Below, in pieces: positions 50,971-61,392 of a DNA stretch of 64,000 nt (the first letter of the stretch is position 1; every line of letters starts with the position of its first letter). This stretch comes from an uncultured delta proteobacterium (GTDB lineage Bacteria; Myxococcota; Kuafuiibacteriia; Kuafuiibacteriales; Kuafuiibacteriaceae): NCBI GenBank assembly GCA_963803435.1, contig CAWDML010000009.1, positions 896,001 through 960,000 of the forward strand. Reading direction: 5' to 3'. The position numbers and the translations under genes were made by a program. The notes beneath the pieces are model-generated. The model worked only from the letters and a program-made list of their open reading frames with translations, was not told where the DNA came from and ran no database searches.

Positions 50971-53900
50971 GCCCGCGCGCGCTGGGCCGCGTCGGCAGGT
51001 TCGAGCTGATCCGCCCGATCGGCCGGGGCGGCATGGGTGTCGTCTACGAGGCGATCGATCTCGAGGACGAGCACCCGGTCGCGCTCAAGATGTTGCTCAA
51101 CGTGACGCCCGGGCAGATCCATCGGCTGAAGAACGAGTTCCGCAGCCTGACGGGGCTGGTCCATCCCAACCTGGTCGCGTTCGAGGGCCTCTTCGCCGAG
51201 GACGGCGAGTGGTTCCTCACGATGGAGCTGGTCGGCGGGGTGGACCTCCGCGAGTGGGTCCGGCCGGCGTCCGAGCAGCACGCGCTCGATCTCCTGCCGG
51301 TGACGATCGACGAGCACGGCGCGCCCGACGAGTTCGAGATCGACGAGACCGTCACCAGCCAGGAGCGTCCGGAAGCGGAGAAGCGCCGGCCGTGTCGGCT
51401 CGATCGCCTGCGCCCGGCGATGATTCAGCTGGCGGTCGGCATCGAGGCCATCCATCGCGCCGGCAAGCTCCACCGCGACCTCAAGCCCTCCAACGTCCGC
51501 GTGACGCCGGAGGGGCGCCTCGTGATCCTCGACTTCGGCCTGGTCTCCGCGCTCGGCAGCATCGAGGAGTCGGACTCGCTGGCCGGCACGGCGCCGTACA
51601 TGTCCCCCGAGCAGGCGGCGGGCGAGCCGCTCACCTTCGCCTCCGACTGGTACAGCTTCGGCGTGATGCTGTTCGAGGCCCTCACCGGACGGCGTCCCTT
51701 CGAGGGTACCCGGACGGCGATGCTCGTCGACAAGCAGACGCGCGCGGCCCCGCATCCGGCCGGCCTCGCCCCCGGCACGCCCGAGGATCTCGACCTCCCT
51801 GTGTGCCGAGCTGTTGGCGACGCGGCCGGAGGTGCGTCCGACCGGCGCCGAGGTCCTGGCACGCCTCGGCGTGCGCGCGCCCTCGATCTGGGTGCGCTCG
51901 GCGGACTCGGCGTTCGTCGGCCGTACGCGGGAGCTGGAGCGTCTCGATCGAAGCTTCCTCGCCCTGGATCGCGGATGCGGGACGGCGCTGTTCATCCACG
52001 GTCCCTCGGGCATGGGAAAGACCGCGCTGATCCAGCGCTTCCTGGCCCGGGTCGAGAGCCGCGGCGCGCTCGTCCTTCGCGGCCGCTGCTACGAGCGCGA
52101 GTCGCTCCCGTTCAAGGCGCTCGACAGCGTGGTCGATGCGCTCGCGACCTACCTCCGCTCGCTCCCGCCGCTGGCCCAGCAGAGCCTGATGCCCCGGCGC
52201 GTGCGCGCGCTGGCCCGCCTGTTCCCGGCCCTGCTCCAGGTGCCGGCGATCCAGGCCGCACCCCTCGAGCCTGCGGAGCCGGCGGATCCGCGCGAGCTGC
52301 GCCGGGTGGCGGTGTCGGCGTTCGTGAACGTGCTTCGCCGCCTCTCCGATCAGCACCGTCTGGTGGTGGCGATCGACGATCTCCAGTGGGGCGACGCCGA
52401 CAGCGGCGATCTCATCGCGGAGCTCGTCGAGGATCTGCCGCCGCTGATGGTGCTCGGGAGCTTTCAGACCGACGACCGGGCCTCGAGTGAGCTGCTCGCG
52501 CGCGTCCATCAGAAGAACAGGCACTCGTTCGAGGAGATCGAGCTGGGCCCGCTCGACCAGGCGGAGGCGCGGACCCTGGCGCTGCGGCTCGTGCGCCCCG
52601 AGGCGGCCGGTCACGCGGATCTCATCGCCAGGGAGTCCGCCGGGATCCCGATGTTCGTCCACGAGCTGGTCCGCCACGCCGCCGGCCCGCCGTTGCCGCT
52701 CGACGAGGCCATCAGCCGCCGGATCGCCAAGCTCGATCCCAGCGCGCTCCGGATCCTCGAGGTGATCGCCACGGCGGGCCGCCCGATCGACGCGGAGCTC
52801 TGCAACGGAGTCCTCGGCGGCGAGGCGCGCCGTGCGATCGACACGCTGCGCGCCGCCCACCTGATCCGGGTGCGGGCCGGGATCCACGAGACGGGCCTCG
52901 AGACGTACCACGATCTGATCCGACGCTCGGTGCTGCGCGGCATGGCCACCGAGACGGTCCTCGACGTGCACCGACGACTGGCGCTCGCGCTCGAGGCCAG
53001 GTGCGCGCCGCCGGATCTCCTGGTCCATCACTGGCGCGCCGCCGGCGACCCGGTCCGGGCCGGTAAGCACGCGCTCGACGCCGCCCGCAAGGCGAGCGAC
53101 GCGCTGGCCTTCGATCGCGCGGTCCACATGGTTCGGCTGGCGATCGAGCTGCTCGACGACGCGGGTGGCGCCGGTGGCTCGCTCTACACCGCGCTCGGGG
53201 ACGCGTCGGCCAACGCGGGCCGCGCCCCCGAGGCGGCCCGAGCGCTCCTCGAGGCGGCCCGCCGGGGCGCGCCCGACGCCGTCTCGCTGCGGTCGCGTGC
53301 GGTACAGCTCCTCTTGACGAGCGGGCACGTCGAGCCGGGCCTGGCCGAGCTGGATCGCCTGTTGCGTTCGCTCGGGCTGGCCCCGCTCAAGGGGCGCCGC
53401 GGGCTCCCCCGCCTGGTGACGCGCCGGCTGGCCCTGCGGCTCGGCGGGGCGCGCCGCCGGACGCCGGCCGTCGCCGCCGCCCCCGCCGAGCTGGAGCGGA
53501 TCGATGCCTGCTGGTCCGCCACCACCGGTCTGGCGCTGATCGACATGGTCCTCGCCGCCGACTTCCACGCGGAGAACCTGGCGCGGTCGGCGCGGGCGGG
53601 CGATCTCTATCGCTTCGCCCGTGCGCTCGGCATGGAGGCGGTGTTTCTGGGCGTGCTCGGCGGGCGGAGCACGCGTCGAGCGCAGCGCATCCTGGTGGAG
53701 TGCGGCGCGCTGGTGGCCGAGCTCGACCACGCGCACCTCGGCGGTCTGCTGGCGGCAGCGCGCGGGTTCGTCGCCATGAGCCGCGGCCGCTGGGCCGAGA
53801 TGCTCGCAGAGGGCGAGCGGGCGGAGCAGATCCTGATCGAGCAGTGCACGGCGGTGATCTGGGAGCTCGACCTGGCGCGCACGCTCCAGCTCTGGGGTCT

Positions 53901-54639
53901 CTCCGCGCTGGGCCGCTTCGACGAGCTGTCGTCCCGCGCCTCCCCTCTGATCGCCGAGGCTGACGCCCGCGGCGATCGCTACGCCACCAACATGCTCCGC
54001 GCGTCTCCGATGGTGAGCCTCGCCTGGCTCGCCAAGGACGACCCGGCCCTCGCCCAGTCCTACCTCGACGACGAGTCGCGCCGATGGCCCAAGTCGCACT
54101 TCCTGCTCCAGCACTACTGGAGCTCCCGGGCGCGAGCCCAGATCGACCTCTACCGCGGCGACGCGATCGCCGCGTGGGAGAACTTCGAGGCCACCTGGCG
54201 TGTTCTCGTCCGCTCCGCGTTCCTCCGCGTCGCGCACCTCCGGCTCCAGGCCCGCAGCCTGCGGGCGCGCGCCGCCCTGGCCGCCGGCGTGGCGGCCGGC
54301 GATCGCGCGCTGCTGGCGGTCGCCGCCTCGGAGGCCCGGCGGATCGCCGCCGACGCGGGCGACACCGCCTGGGCCACCGCGATCGCGGATCGTATCGTCG
54401 GCCTGGTGGCCCTGGCCCGCGGCGACCCTCAGACCGCCACCGCCCGGCTGCTCCACTCCGAGGCCCTCTACGAGGATCTGGGCATGGAGGTCGAGGTCGC
54501 CGCCTCGAAGCGCCTGCGCGGCCGTCTCCTCGGCGGACCCGAGGGCGCGGCGATGATCGATGCGGCCGACGCGCGGATGCAGCGCGCCGGCATCGCCAAC
54601 CCGGCGCCGTTCGCGGGCGCCCTCACGGGATGGCTGTGA
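50922..54639 (+). CDS. Ser/Thr kinase - AAA (STAND) ATPase - helical repeat protein (apparent frameshift near 51791)
   Basis: IGRGGMGVVY, HRDLKPSN, DFG, YMSPE; then FVGRTREL, GPSGMGKT, IDDLQWGD in ORF 51814..54639. Confidence 0.9.
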
Positions 54640-54646
54640 GCCCGGA

Positions 54647-57256
54647 TCAGGCGATGGGACGGGGAACGGTGCGGAGCCGGCCGCCCGCCGCGTCGTAGCG
54701 GGTCACGCCGCCGACGATCGTCTCGCGCACCTCGAGCGTCTTCGGATCGAGGATGACGAAGTCGGCGCGCCGCCCGGGCACGATCTCGCCTCGCTCCGAG
54801 AGGCCGGCCGCCTTGGCAGGCGTCGACGACGCCATCAACACCGCGTCCTCCGCCTCGATCCCCAGCATGCGCATTGTGGAGACGATGGCGCGGTCCATGG
54901 TGAGCGCGCTCCCGGCGAGCGTGTTGGTCCCCTCGACGGTGATGGCGCCGTCCTTCTTCTCCACGGCGATGTCGCCGAGCGTGTACTTTCCGTCGGGCAT
55001 GCCCGCGGGCGGCGAGGCGTCGGTCACCAGCATCATCCGCTGCGGGCCGAGACGCCGGTAGAGGTCCCGGAGACGCTCGGGCTCGACGTGGACGCCGTCG
55101 GGGATCACTCCGGCCACCGTCTCCGGATGGTCGAGGATCGCGGTGAGCAGATCGCCGTCTAAGTCCTTCGGCATCGCGTTCGTGATGTGCGTGATCATCC
55201 GGAGCTCGCCGGCCAGCGCCCGCTCCATCTCTTCGCCGGTGGCGTTGGTGTGTCCGGCGCTCGGCGTCACCCCGTGCTCGCGGCTCATGCGGATCGCCTC
55301 GAGCGCGCCCGGGAGCTCGGGAGCGAGCGTGAGGATCCTGAGGCGCCCGTCGCCGGCCTCGATCATCGACTCGAGCTCTCGTAGATCGATCGGCCGGACC
55401 TGCTCGCTCGAGTGGGCGCCCCTGCGGGCGCGGTTGAGGTACGGGCCCTCGACGTGGAGCCCCGGGACGTCGGCGCCCGGCAGCCCCTCCACCCGATCGA
55501 CGGCGTCGAAGGCGGCCTTCACCACGTCGAGCGGTGCCGACACCACTGTCGGGAGCACCGTGGTCACGCCTTGCTCCGGCGTTCGCAGCACCAGCGTGCG
55601 AAGCGCAGCGATGGGATCGCCGGCCACGTCGTCGCCGTAGGAGCCGTTGTTCTGGAGATCGACGAACCCGGGCGCGAGCAGTCCCTTCACGCGCCGCACC
55701 TCCCGGGGCAGCCGCTTCGGATCGGGGACGACGTGGGTGATCGTCCCATCCTCGATCACGATGAGCGCCGCCTTCGAGACGAACGTGCCGTCGCCCGCGG
55801 GCAGCAACACCCGCTCGCCGAAGATCGCCTCGTGCACCGTGCCCTCGCGGCCGCGCGGCCGGTACTCCGCCGGGAGCGCTTGGGCCAGGTGCTTTGCCGC
55901 CGCCCGGTCGAGGTAGACCTCCACGTTCGGGTGGCGATTCAAGAACGTCGCCGGGATCTGGTCCGTCACCTCTCCCTCGATCGCGCGCCGCACCACGGAA
56001 GCCTTGTGCTCGCCGGTCGCCATCAGCAGGACCCGGCGCGCCGAGAGGATGGTGGCGACGCCCATCGTGATCGCCTCCGTCGGAACGTGCTCGAGGCCGC
56101 CGAACGCCGCCGCCGCATCCTCGCGGGTCTGGTCCGCGAGCGTGACTCGCCGGGTGCGAGAGTCGCGCGTCGAGCCGGGCTCGTTGAAGCCGATGTGCCC
56201 GGTGGCCCCGATGCCGAGCAGCTGGAGATCGATCCCGCCCGCGTCCTGGATCGCCTGCTCGTACCCCTTCACCTCCTCGGCGATCTTCTCCGGCGGCACG
56301 TCGCCTCTGGGGATGTGCACGTTCTCAGGATCGATCCCGAGACCCGGGACGTCGAGCTTCGAGAAGAGGCGCTCCTGCATGTAGTGGTGATAGCTCTGGG
56401 GATCGTCGGGGCTGAGGCCGTAGTACTCGTCGAGGTTGAAGGTCTTGACCCGTGAGAAGTCGAGGCCCTCCTCGTGGTGCATGCGGATCAGCTCCCGGTA
56501 GACGGCGAGCGGCGTCGAGCCGGTGGCGAGGCCGAGCACCGCGCCGCCCGAATCGTGCTTCTCGCGGATGACCGCCGCGATCTCCTCGGCGACGCGCTTC
56601 GCCGTCTCGGAGGCGTCGTCGAGAGGAAAGACCGGAACGCCGAGCGGCCGGGTGAGGAATCGCTGCGCCTCACGGTTCCCTTGCCAGCGGAGCAGGTCGC
56701 GACCGAGCGCGGTCAGCTCACGCTCGAAGATCGAGACCCGGTGCAGCCCGCGATGCTCGTCGGGCGCGGGGAGCGTCTTGATGGAGACGTCGCCGAGTCC
56801 CTCGGCCGCCAGCGCGCGCCGCAGGAGCAGCTTGCTCCGGTTCATGTGGTAGCGCTCCGTGAGGAGGCTGACCTTCTCGACGCCGGCCTTGGCCAGGAGC
56901 GGCGCCACGAAGCTCGCGTTCTCCGAGGTGAGGCGGGCGGTCCGCTCCGTGACGATCCGATCGGCGGCGATCCCGTGGTCGACCAGCCACTGCTTCATCA
57001 CGTCGGCCTCGTTTTCGTCGCTGTGAACCGCGTCGCCGCTGACGATCGCGATCGCCTCGGGATCGTCGTCGAGCTCTGCGATCGCTCCGGCCAGGCGGCG
57101 CTTGAGCTCGATCGTCGGCGTCGGTCGATCCGGTACGCCGAAGCCGAAGACCACGACGGCGTGACGGGCGCGCGGGATCTGGGAGAGCGCGAAGGCGCGC
57201 TCGCGCGCGGCCTCTTCGGCCCGGCTCGCACCACCGACGGCAGGCAGGGGGGACAT
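54647..57256 (-). CDS. Triple fusion: DUF218 (YdcF/ElyC-like) - glucosamine-6-phosphate deaminase (NagB) - N-acetylglucosamine-6-phosphate deacetylase (NagA)
   Basis: DUF218: VVVFG..IVSG..NEADVM..ERTARLTSENA..TERYHMNRS. NagB: LGLATGSTP, FNLDEY, GIGATGHIGFNEPGS. NagA: PGFVDLQNNG, HVEGP, AGHTNA, DGVH, VTDA, LAGS. One uninterrupted ORF; start ATG 57256 inferred. Confidence 0.9.
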   Translation of the reverse strand: MSPLPAVGGASRAEEAARERAFALSQIPRARHAVVVFGFGVPDRPTPTIELKRRLAGAIAELDDDPEAIAIVSGDAVHSDENEADVMKQWLVDHGIAADRIVTERTARLTSENASFVAPLLAKAGVEKVSLLTERYHMNRSKLLLRRALAAEGLGDVSIKTLPAPDEHRGLHRVSIFERELTALGRDLLRWQGNREAQRFLTRPLGVPVFPLDDASETAKRVAEEIAAVIREKHDSGGAVLGLATGSTPLAVYRELIRMHHEEGLDFSRVKTFNLDEYYGLSPDDPQSYHHYMQERLFSKLDVPGLGIDPENVHIPRGDVPPEKIAEEVKGYEQAIQDAGGIDLQLLGIGATGHIGFNEPGSTRDSRTRRVTLADQTREDAAAAFGGLEHVPTEAITMGVATILSARRVLLMATGEHKASVVRRAIEGEVTDQIPATFLNRHPNVEVYLDRAAAKHLAQALPAEYRPRGREGTVHEAIFGERVLLPAGDGTFVSKAALIVIEDGTITHVVPDPKRLPREVRRVKGLLAPGFVDLQNNGSYGDDVAGDPIAALRTLVLRTPEQGVTTVLPTVVSAPLDVVKAAFDAVDRVEGLPGADVPGLHVEGPYLNRARRGAHSSEQVRPIDLRELESMIEAGDGRLRILTLAPELPGALEAIRMSREHGVTPSAGHTNATGEEMERALAGELRMITHITNAMPKDLDGDLLTAILDHPETVAGVIPDGVHVEPERLRDLYRRLGPQRMMLVTDASPPAGMPDGKYTLGDIAVEKKDGAITVEGTNTLAGSALTMDRAIVSTMRMLGIEAEDAVLMASSTPAKAAGLSERGEIVPGRRADFVILDPKTLEVRETIVGGVTRYDAAGGRLRTVPRPIA

Positions 57257-57396
57257 CGCTTGGATTGTCGGCAAGTACACACCTTTCGTTGTGATGGATC
57301 CGACGGTCGAGGCGTCGGGTCCACGCTTCGGGCTTAATCGGCGGCGCGCGGGATTAATTGGCCGGAGCCCCCAGCGGTGGCGTACCAACGCATGCC

Positions 57397-58785
57397 ATGG
57401 TCTCCCGTCGTCTCGCCGCCCTGTTCCTCGTGATCCTCACCGCCGGCGCCTGCGCCGAGGCGGGCGACGACGGGGGCGTGGACGCGGCCGCCACACCGGA
57501 CGCGGGTTCGACCGACGTCGGCGTCGAGGGTCCCTGCCAGATCGAGGCGCCAGCGGAGCTCGCCCTCGCCGTCGGCGCGCTCGAGACCGTCACGCTCTCG
57601 GGCGAAGGGTGGAGCGAGGTCGGCGTCCGCGCGCCTGCCGGCTGGCGGTTCTCGCTCGACAATCACACCCTCGCGCTCCGCGCGCCCTACGTCACCGGCT
57701 CGGCCGCGACCCCGCTGACGATCACCGCGACGTGCGGTGTCGACCGGACCGCCGAGGCGGTCATCTCCCTCTCGGCGGCGCCCCTCGAGTTCACCCAAAT
57801 CAGGCCCTGGACGCCGGACGTCGACGGCCCACTCGGGCGCGAGTACTTCTCGATGTGGATCGATCCGGTGGATGCCGACCGGCTCTGGGTCTTCGGCGGC
57901 TTTCACTACGTGCCGGCCCAGTTCACCCCCTCCCACGACGTCTGGTCGCTCGACCTCGAAGGCGAGACCTGGACGCGCCACGATGACGGTCCGCTGACGG
58001 GCCTCCCGGGCGGCACCGTCGCCCGCACACCCGACGGTCGCATGCTCCGCTACGGCGGGCTCAACAGCGGCGAGCTGGCCGGGACTCGCGACACACCGTT
58101 CGAGCTCCTCTCGATCGACACCAGCACCTCGGGCCTCGTCTTCGCCGACGCGCCGGTGGAGCCGGTGCAGGCAATCGGCGACTACCAGCCGGCGTTCTTC
58201 TTCCACCCGCGCACCGGCAAGTTCTACGCGACCTGCGGGATCAACGACGGCGAGGGCGCGCACAGCCGCGTCCGGAGCTACGATCCGGCGACCCATCGCT
58301 GGGAGGAGGAGGTCGTCGAGGGCGACGTCCCGCCCGGACGCACGGGACAGTTCTGGGCCTACGACGAGCCGACCGATCGACTGATCGTGTTCTCTGGCGA
58401 AGGCAACCCGCAGACCGCGGCCTGTAGCAATTGCCTCGACGATACCTGGGCGCTCGAGCTCTCCGCGGTGCCGCTCCGCTGGACGCGGCTCGCCGAGTCG
58501 GCCGGTGAGATCGGCCGGAGGAACGGCGCCTACGTGCTCGATCCGATCGCGCACCGGCTCCTGGTCTGGGGCGGTACCAACAACGGTCGCACCACGGCGC
58601 CGGGGCTGTGGGCGCTCGATCTGACGCCGGGCGAGGAGGCGTGGTACCGCGTGCCGACGCTGGGCGGAGCGCCGGTGCGGACCTCGGGGGGCGCGGTGTT
58701 CGATGCGCCCAGGCGGCGGGCGCTGTTCGGCTTCGGCAACGGAGACTCGGGCGTCAACACCGACCTGTGGGCGCTGGGCCTGTAG
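57397..58785 (+). CDS. Exported Kelch-repeat (beta-propeller) lipoprotein
   Basis: Signal with AGAC; repeats WVFGG..DVWSLDL, IVFSG..DTWALEL, LVWGG..LWALDL, LFGFG..DLWAL. Confidence 0.82.
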   Translation: MVSRRLAALFLVILTAGACAEAGDDGGVDAAATPDAGSTDVGVEGPCQIEAPAELALAVGALETVTLSGEGWSEVGVRAPAGWRFSLDNHTLALRAPYVTGSAATPLTITATCGVDRTAEAVISLSAAPLEFTQIRPWTPDVDGPLGREYFSMWIDPVDADRLWVFGGFHYVPAQFTPSHDVWSLDLEGETWTRHDDGPLTGLPGGTVARTPDGRMLRYGGLNSGELAGTRDTPFELLSIDTSTSGLVFADAPVEPVQAIGDYQPAFFFHPRTGKFYATCGINDGEGAHSRVRSYDPATHRWEEEVVEGDVPPGRTGQFWAYDEPTDRLIVFSGEGNPQTAACSNCLDDTWALELSAVPLRWTRLAESAGEIGRRNGAYVLDPIAHRLLVWGGTNNGRTTAPGLWALDLTPGEEAWYRVPTLGGAPVRTSGGAVFDAPRRRALFGFGNGDSGVNTDLWALGL

Positions 58786-58797
58786 CGTTCGGATCGA

Positions 58798-61321
58798 TCA
58801 GATGAGCAGGACGCGCTGGTCCGGGCTCAAGAGGTATGCGCTGCCGCGCGTGACGAGCAGGTCGCGAAGGCCGAGGTTGCGCAAGGTGGCGATGGCGACA
58901 CGTACCCGGTTCTTGGCGGCGGACTCGATGATCTTCTCGTCGGGCCACGCCGCGCCGCACAGCTCGCCGGGCGAGAGGGCGCGACCGGGCTCCTCGATGC
59001 GCGCCAGCACCAGCGCCGCCACCATCCGCTTGAGCGGCTCGCGCTTCTCCAGATCGACCCGCTCCGCGCCGGGGAGCTCGAAGAAGGCGCCCGAGCGCTC
59101 GAGCACGATCGTGTGGGGAGGCGGGCCGAAGCGCGCCAGCGCCCGCTCGACGAGCTGGGCGGCCAGCCGGGTGTAGTCGTCGCTCTCGGCGGTGGCGGCG
59201 GCGCTCGCCAGCGCGGCCTGCGCCGCCTCTTTGGCCGCGGGCCCTTCCTCCAGCTCGATCACGGCCGCGTGGAGCTGGAGGACCGAAGCGCGCGGCCCCT
59301 CGGGCGGCATCCGGGCGCGTGCGTCGTCGAGCAGGCCGCGCGCGCGTTCGAGGTGGCTGCTCTTGGCGGCGACCACCGCCAGCGCGCTGGTCGCGATCGC
59401 CTCGATGTCCGGGCTCTCGACGGTCTCGAGCGCGCCGAGCGCGGCGGTGAGCTGGGCCTCGGCGGCGAGCCACTCGCCCTGGTCGAGCAACAGGAGCCCT
59501 CGATCCATGCGGACCACCGCTTCGAACTGACAATCGCCGATGAGCCGCAGATCCTCGAGCGCGCGCTGGTAGTACGACTGGGCCAGCGACAGACGGCCGC
59601 GTCGTCGCTCGAGGTTGCCGAGATAGCCGAGCACGATGCCGCGCACGTCGCGGTGTCCGAGCGCCTCCTGGATCGCGAGCGCCTCCTGGTACGCGGTCTC
59701 GGCGTCCTCCAGCGCGCCGAGGTCCTGGCGCAGGAAGCCGATGCAGGCGAGGACGCGTCCGGCGCCGTCGCGATCGTGCGCGGCCTCTGCGATCGCGAGC
59801 GCCTCGTCGTACCTTCGTCCCGCCTCTTCGCGCTCGCCCGCCATGTGGAGCGCGACCCCGACCTCGGTGTGGAGCAGGCAACGCACGCGCGGTGAGAGCG
59901 CCGGGCGGGCGCAGCGGAGGGTCGAGCGACCCCGACGGACCGCCCGTGCGATGTCGCCGTGCATATAGGCGAAGGTCACGGCGAAGGTCGCCACCTCGAA
60001 GCGTAGGTTGGGATCGACCGCGCGCCGGGCCAGCTTCCGGGCGGCGACGAGAATCGCGCCGGGCTCCGCGCGCATCGCCGCTGCAATCGCGGGCGCGCGC
60101 ACCGGCCAGGCGGAGGCGCGCTTCCCGCTCGGGGGCGAGCGGATCCGGCGCCCCGCCGATCCGGTCGAGGAGCGAGAGCAGCGCCGGGGCCGGTTCGGAG
60201 GCCGTCAGGAGCGCCTCCATCGCCAGGACGGCGCGAGCGCGCTCGTCGGCCCCGAGGCGCTCCGAGGAGACGACCGCCAGCAGGTTGTCGCGCTCCACGG
60301 CCACGCGCTCGGGCGCCGACTCCGCCAGGTCGAGATAGTGCGCGGCGTGCCGGCGGGCCGCCAGCGCGCTGGCGCCGAGCTCCTCGAGCCGTTCACAGGC
60401 GTACGAACGGATCGTCTCGTACATGTCGAAGCGAACGTCGCCGCCGGTGAGCCGCCGGATCAGCCACGACTTCTGGTGGAGGTCGTCGACCGCCGAGACG
60501 ACCGCGTGACCGGCCATCCGGTCGGCCAGCACGGCTTCGGCCGCCCCGATCTCGAAGCCGCCTTCGAAGACGGAGAGGAACGCGAGCACCTGCTGCGCCG
60601 AGGTGCTCAGGAGCTCGTGGGAAGCGTCGAGCGCCGCGCGCAGCGTGCGGTGGCGCCGATCGAGGTCCCGCCGCCCGGAGACCAAGAGGTCGAGCCGCCG
60701 GTGGAGCTTCGACGAGAACACCGCGGCCGACATGACGCCGAGGCGGGAACCGGCCAACTCCAGCGCCAGCGGGATCCCTTCGAGGTCGCGGGCAATCTGA
60801 TGGAGCAGGCGGCGCTCGTCGTCGTCCGGCGCCGCGCCGCCGCGGGCCCCCACGGTTCGATCGAGGAGCATCTCGGCGCCCGGCTCGTCCGGGAGAGGCC
60901 CGAGCTCCAGCACCACCTCCCCGGCGGTGCCCAGCGCCTCTCGGCTGGTCACGAGCAGGGGGACCGCGGCCGCCAGCGGACCGGCGAGCTCCGCCACCTC
61001 GTCGAGCACGACCTCGGCGTTGTCGAGGATCAGGAGCGGCGCGCCGGCGAGCCCTTCGATCACCCGGCGCAGCGTGCGCGTCCTCGAGGTCCCCGGTCGC
61101 AGATCGAGCACGCGGGCGATCGCGGAGAGGACCGACGAGGTCCCGCGCACCCGCGAGAGCGGGACCAACGTCGGCGGCGGCGTGGCCTGCCGGAGATGCT
61201 CCTCGGCGAGGCGCGTCTTCCCCATCCCGCCCGGGCCGACGATGGTGACCAGGCGGGCCCCGGCCGCGAAGGCATCGACGAGACGCCCGAGCTCCCAATC
61301 GCGTCCGAAGAAGCGGCGCAC
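58798..61321 (-). CDS. STAND ATPase - TPR - C-terminal winged-HTH regulator (apparent frameshift near 60053)
   Basis: FFGRDWEL, GPGGMGKT, LILDNAE, TSRE, LEGIPLALELA, TPRs in ORF 58798..60102, tail AWPDEKI...NRVRVAIATLRNLGLRDLL. Confidence 0.88.
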
Positions 61322-61392
61322 TCCGGGAATCCTCGTGCGGGCCGCGCTCGGCTGCAATCCGGTCCCCCGCCGAGTACAGTGGCCCGCGCGCC

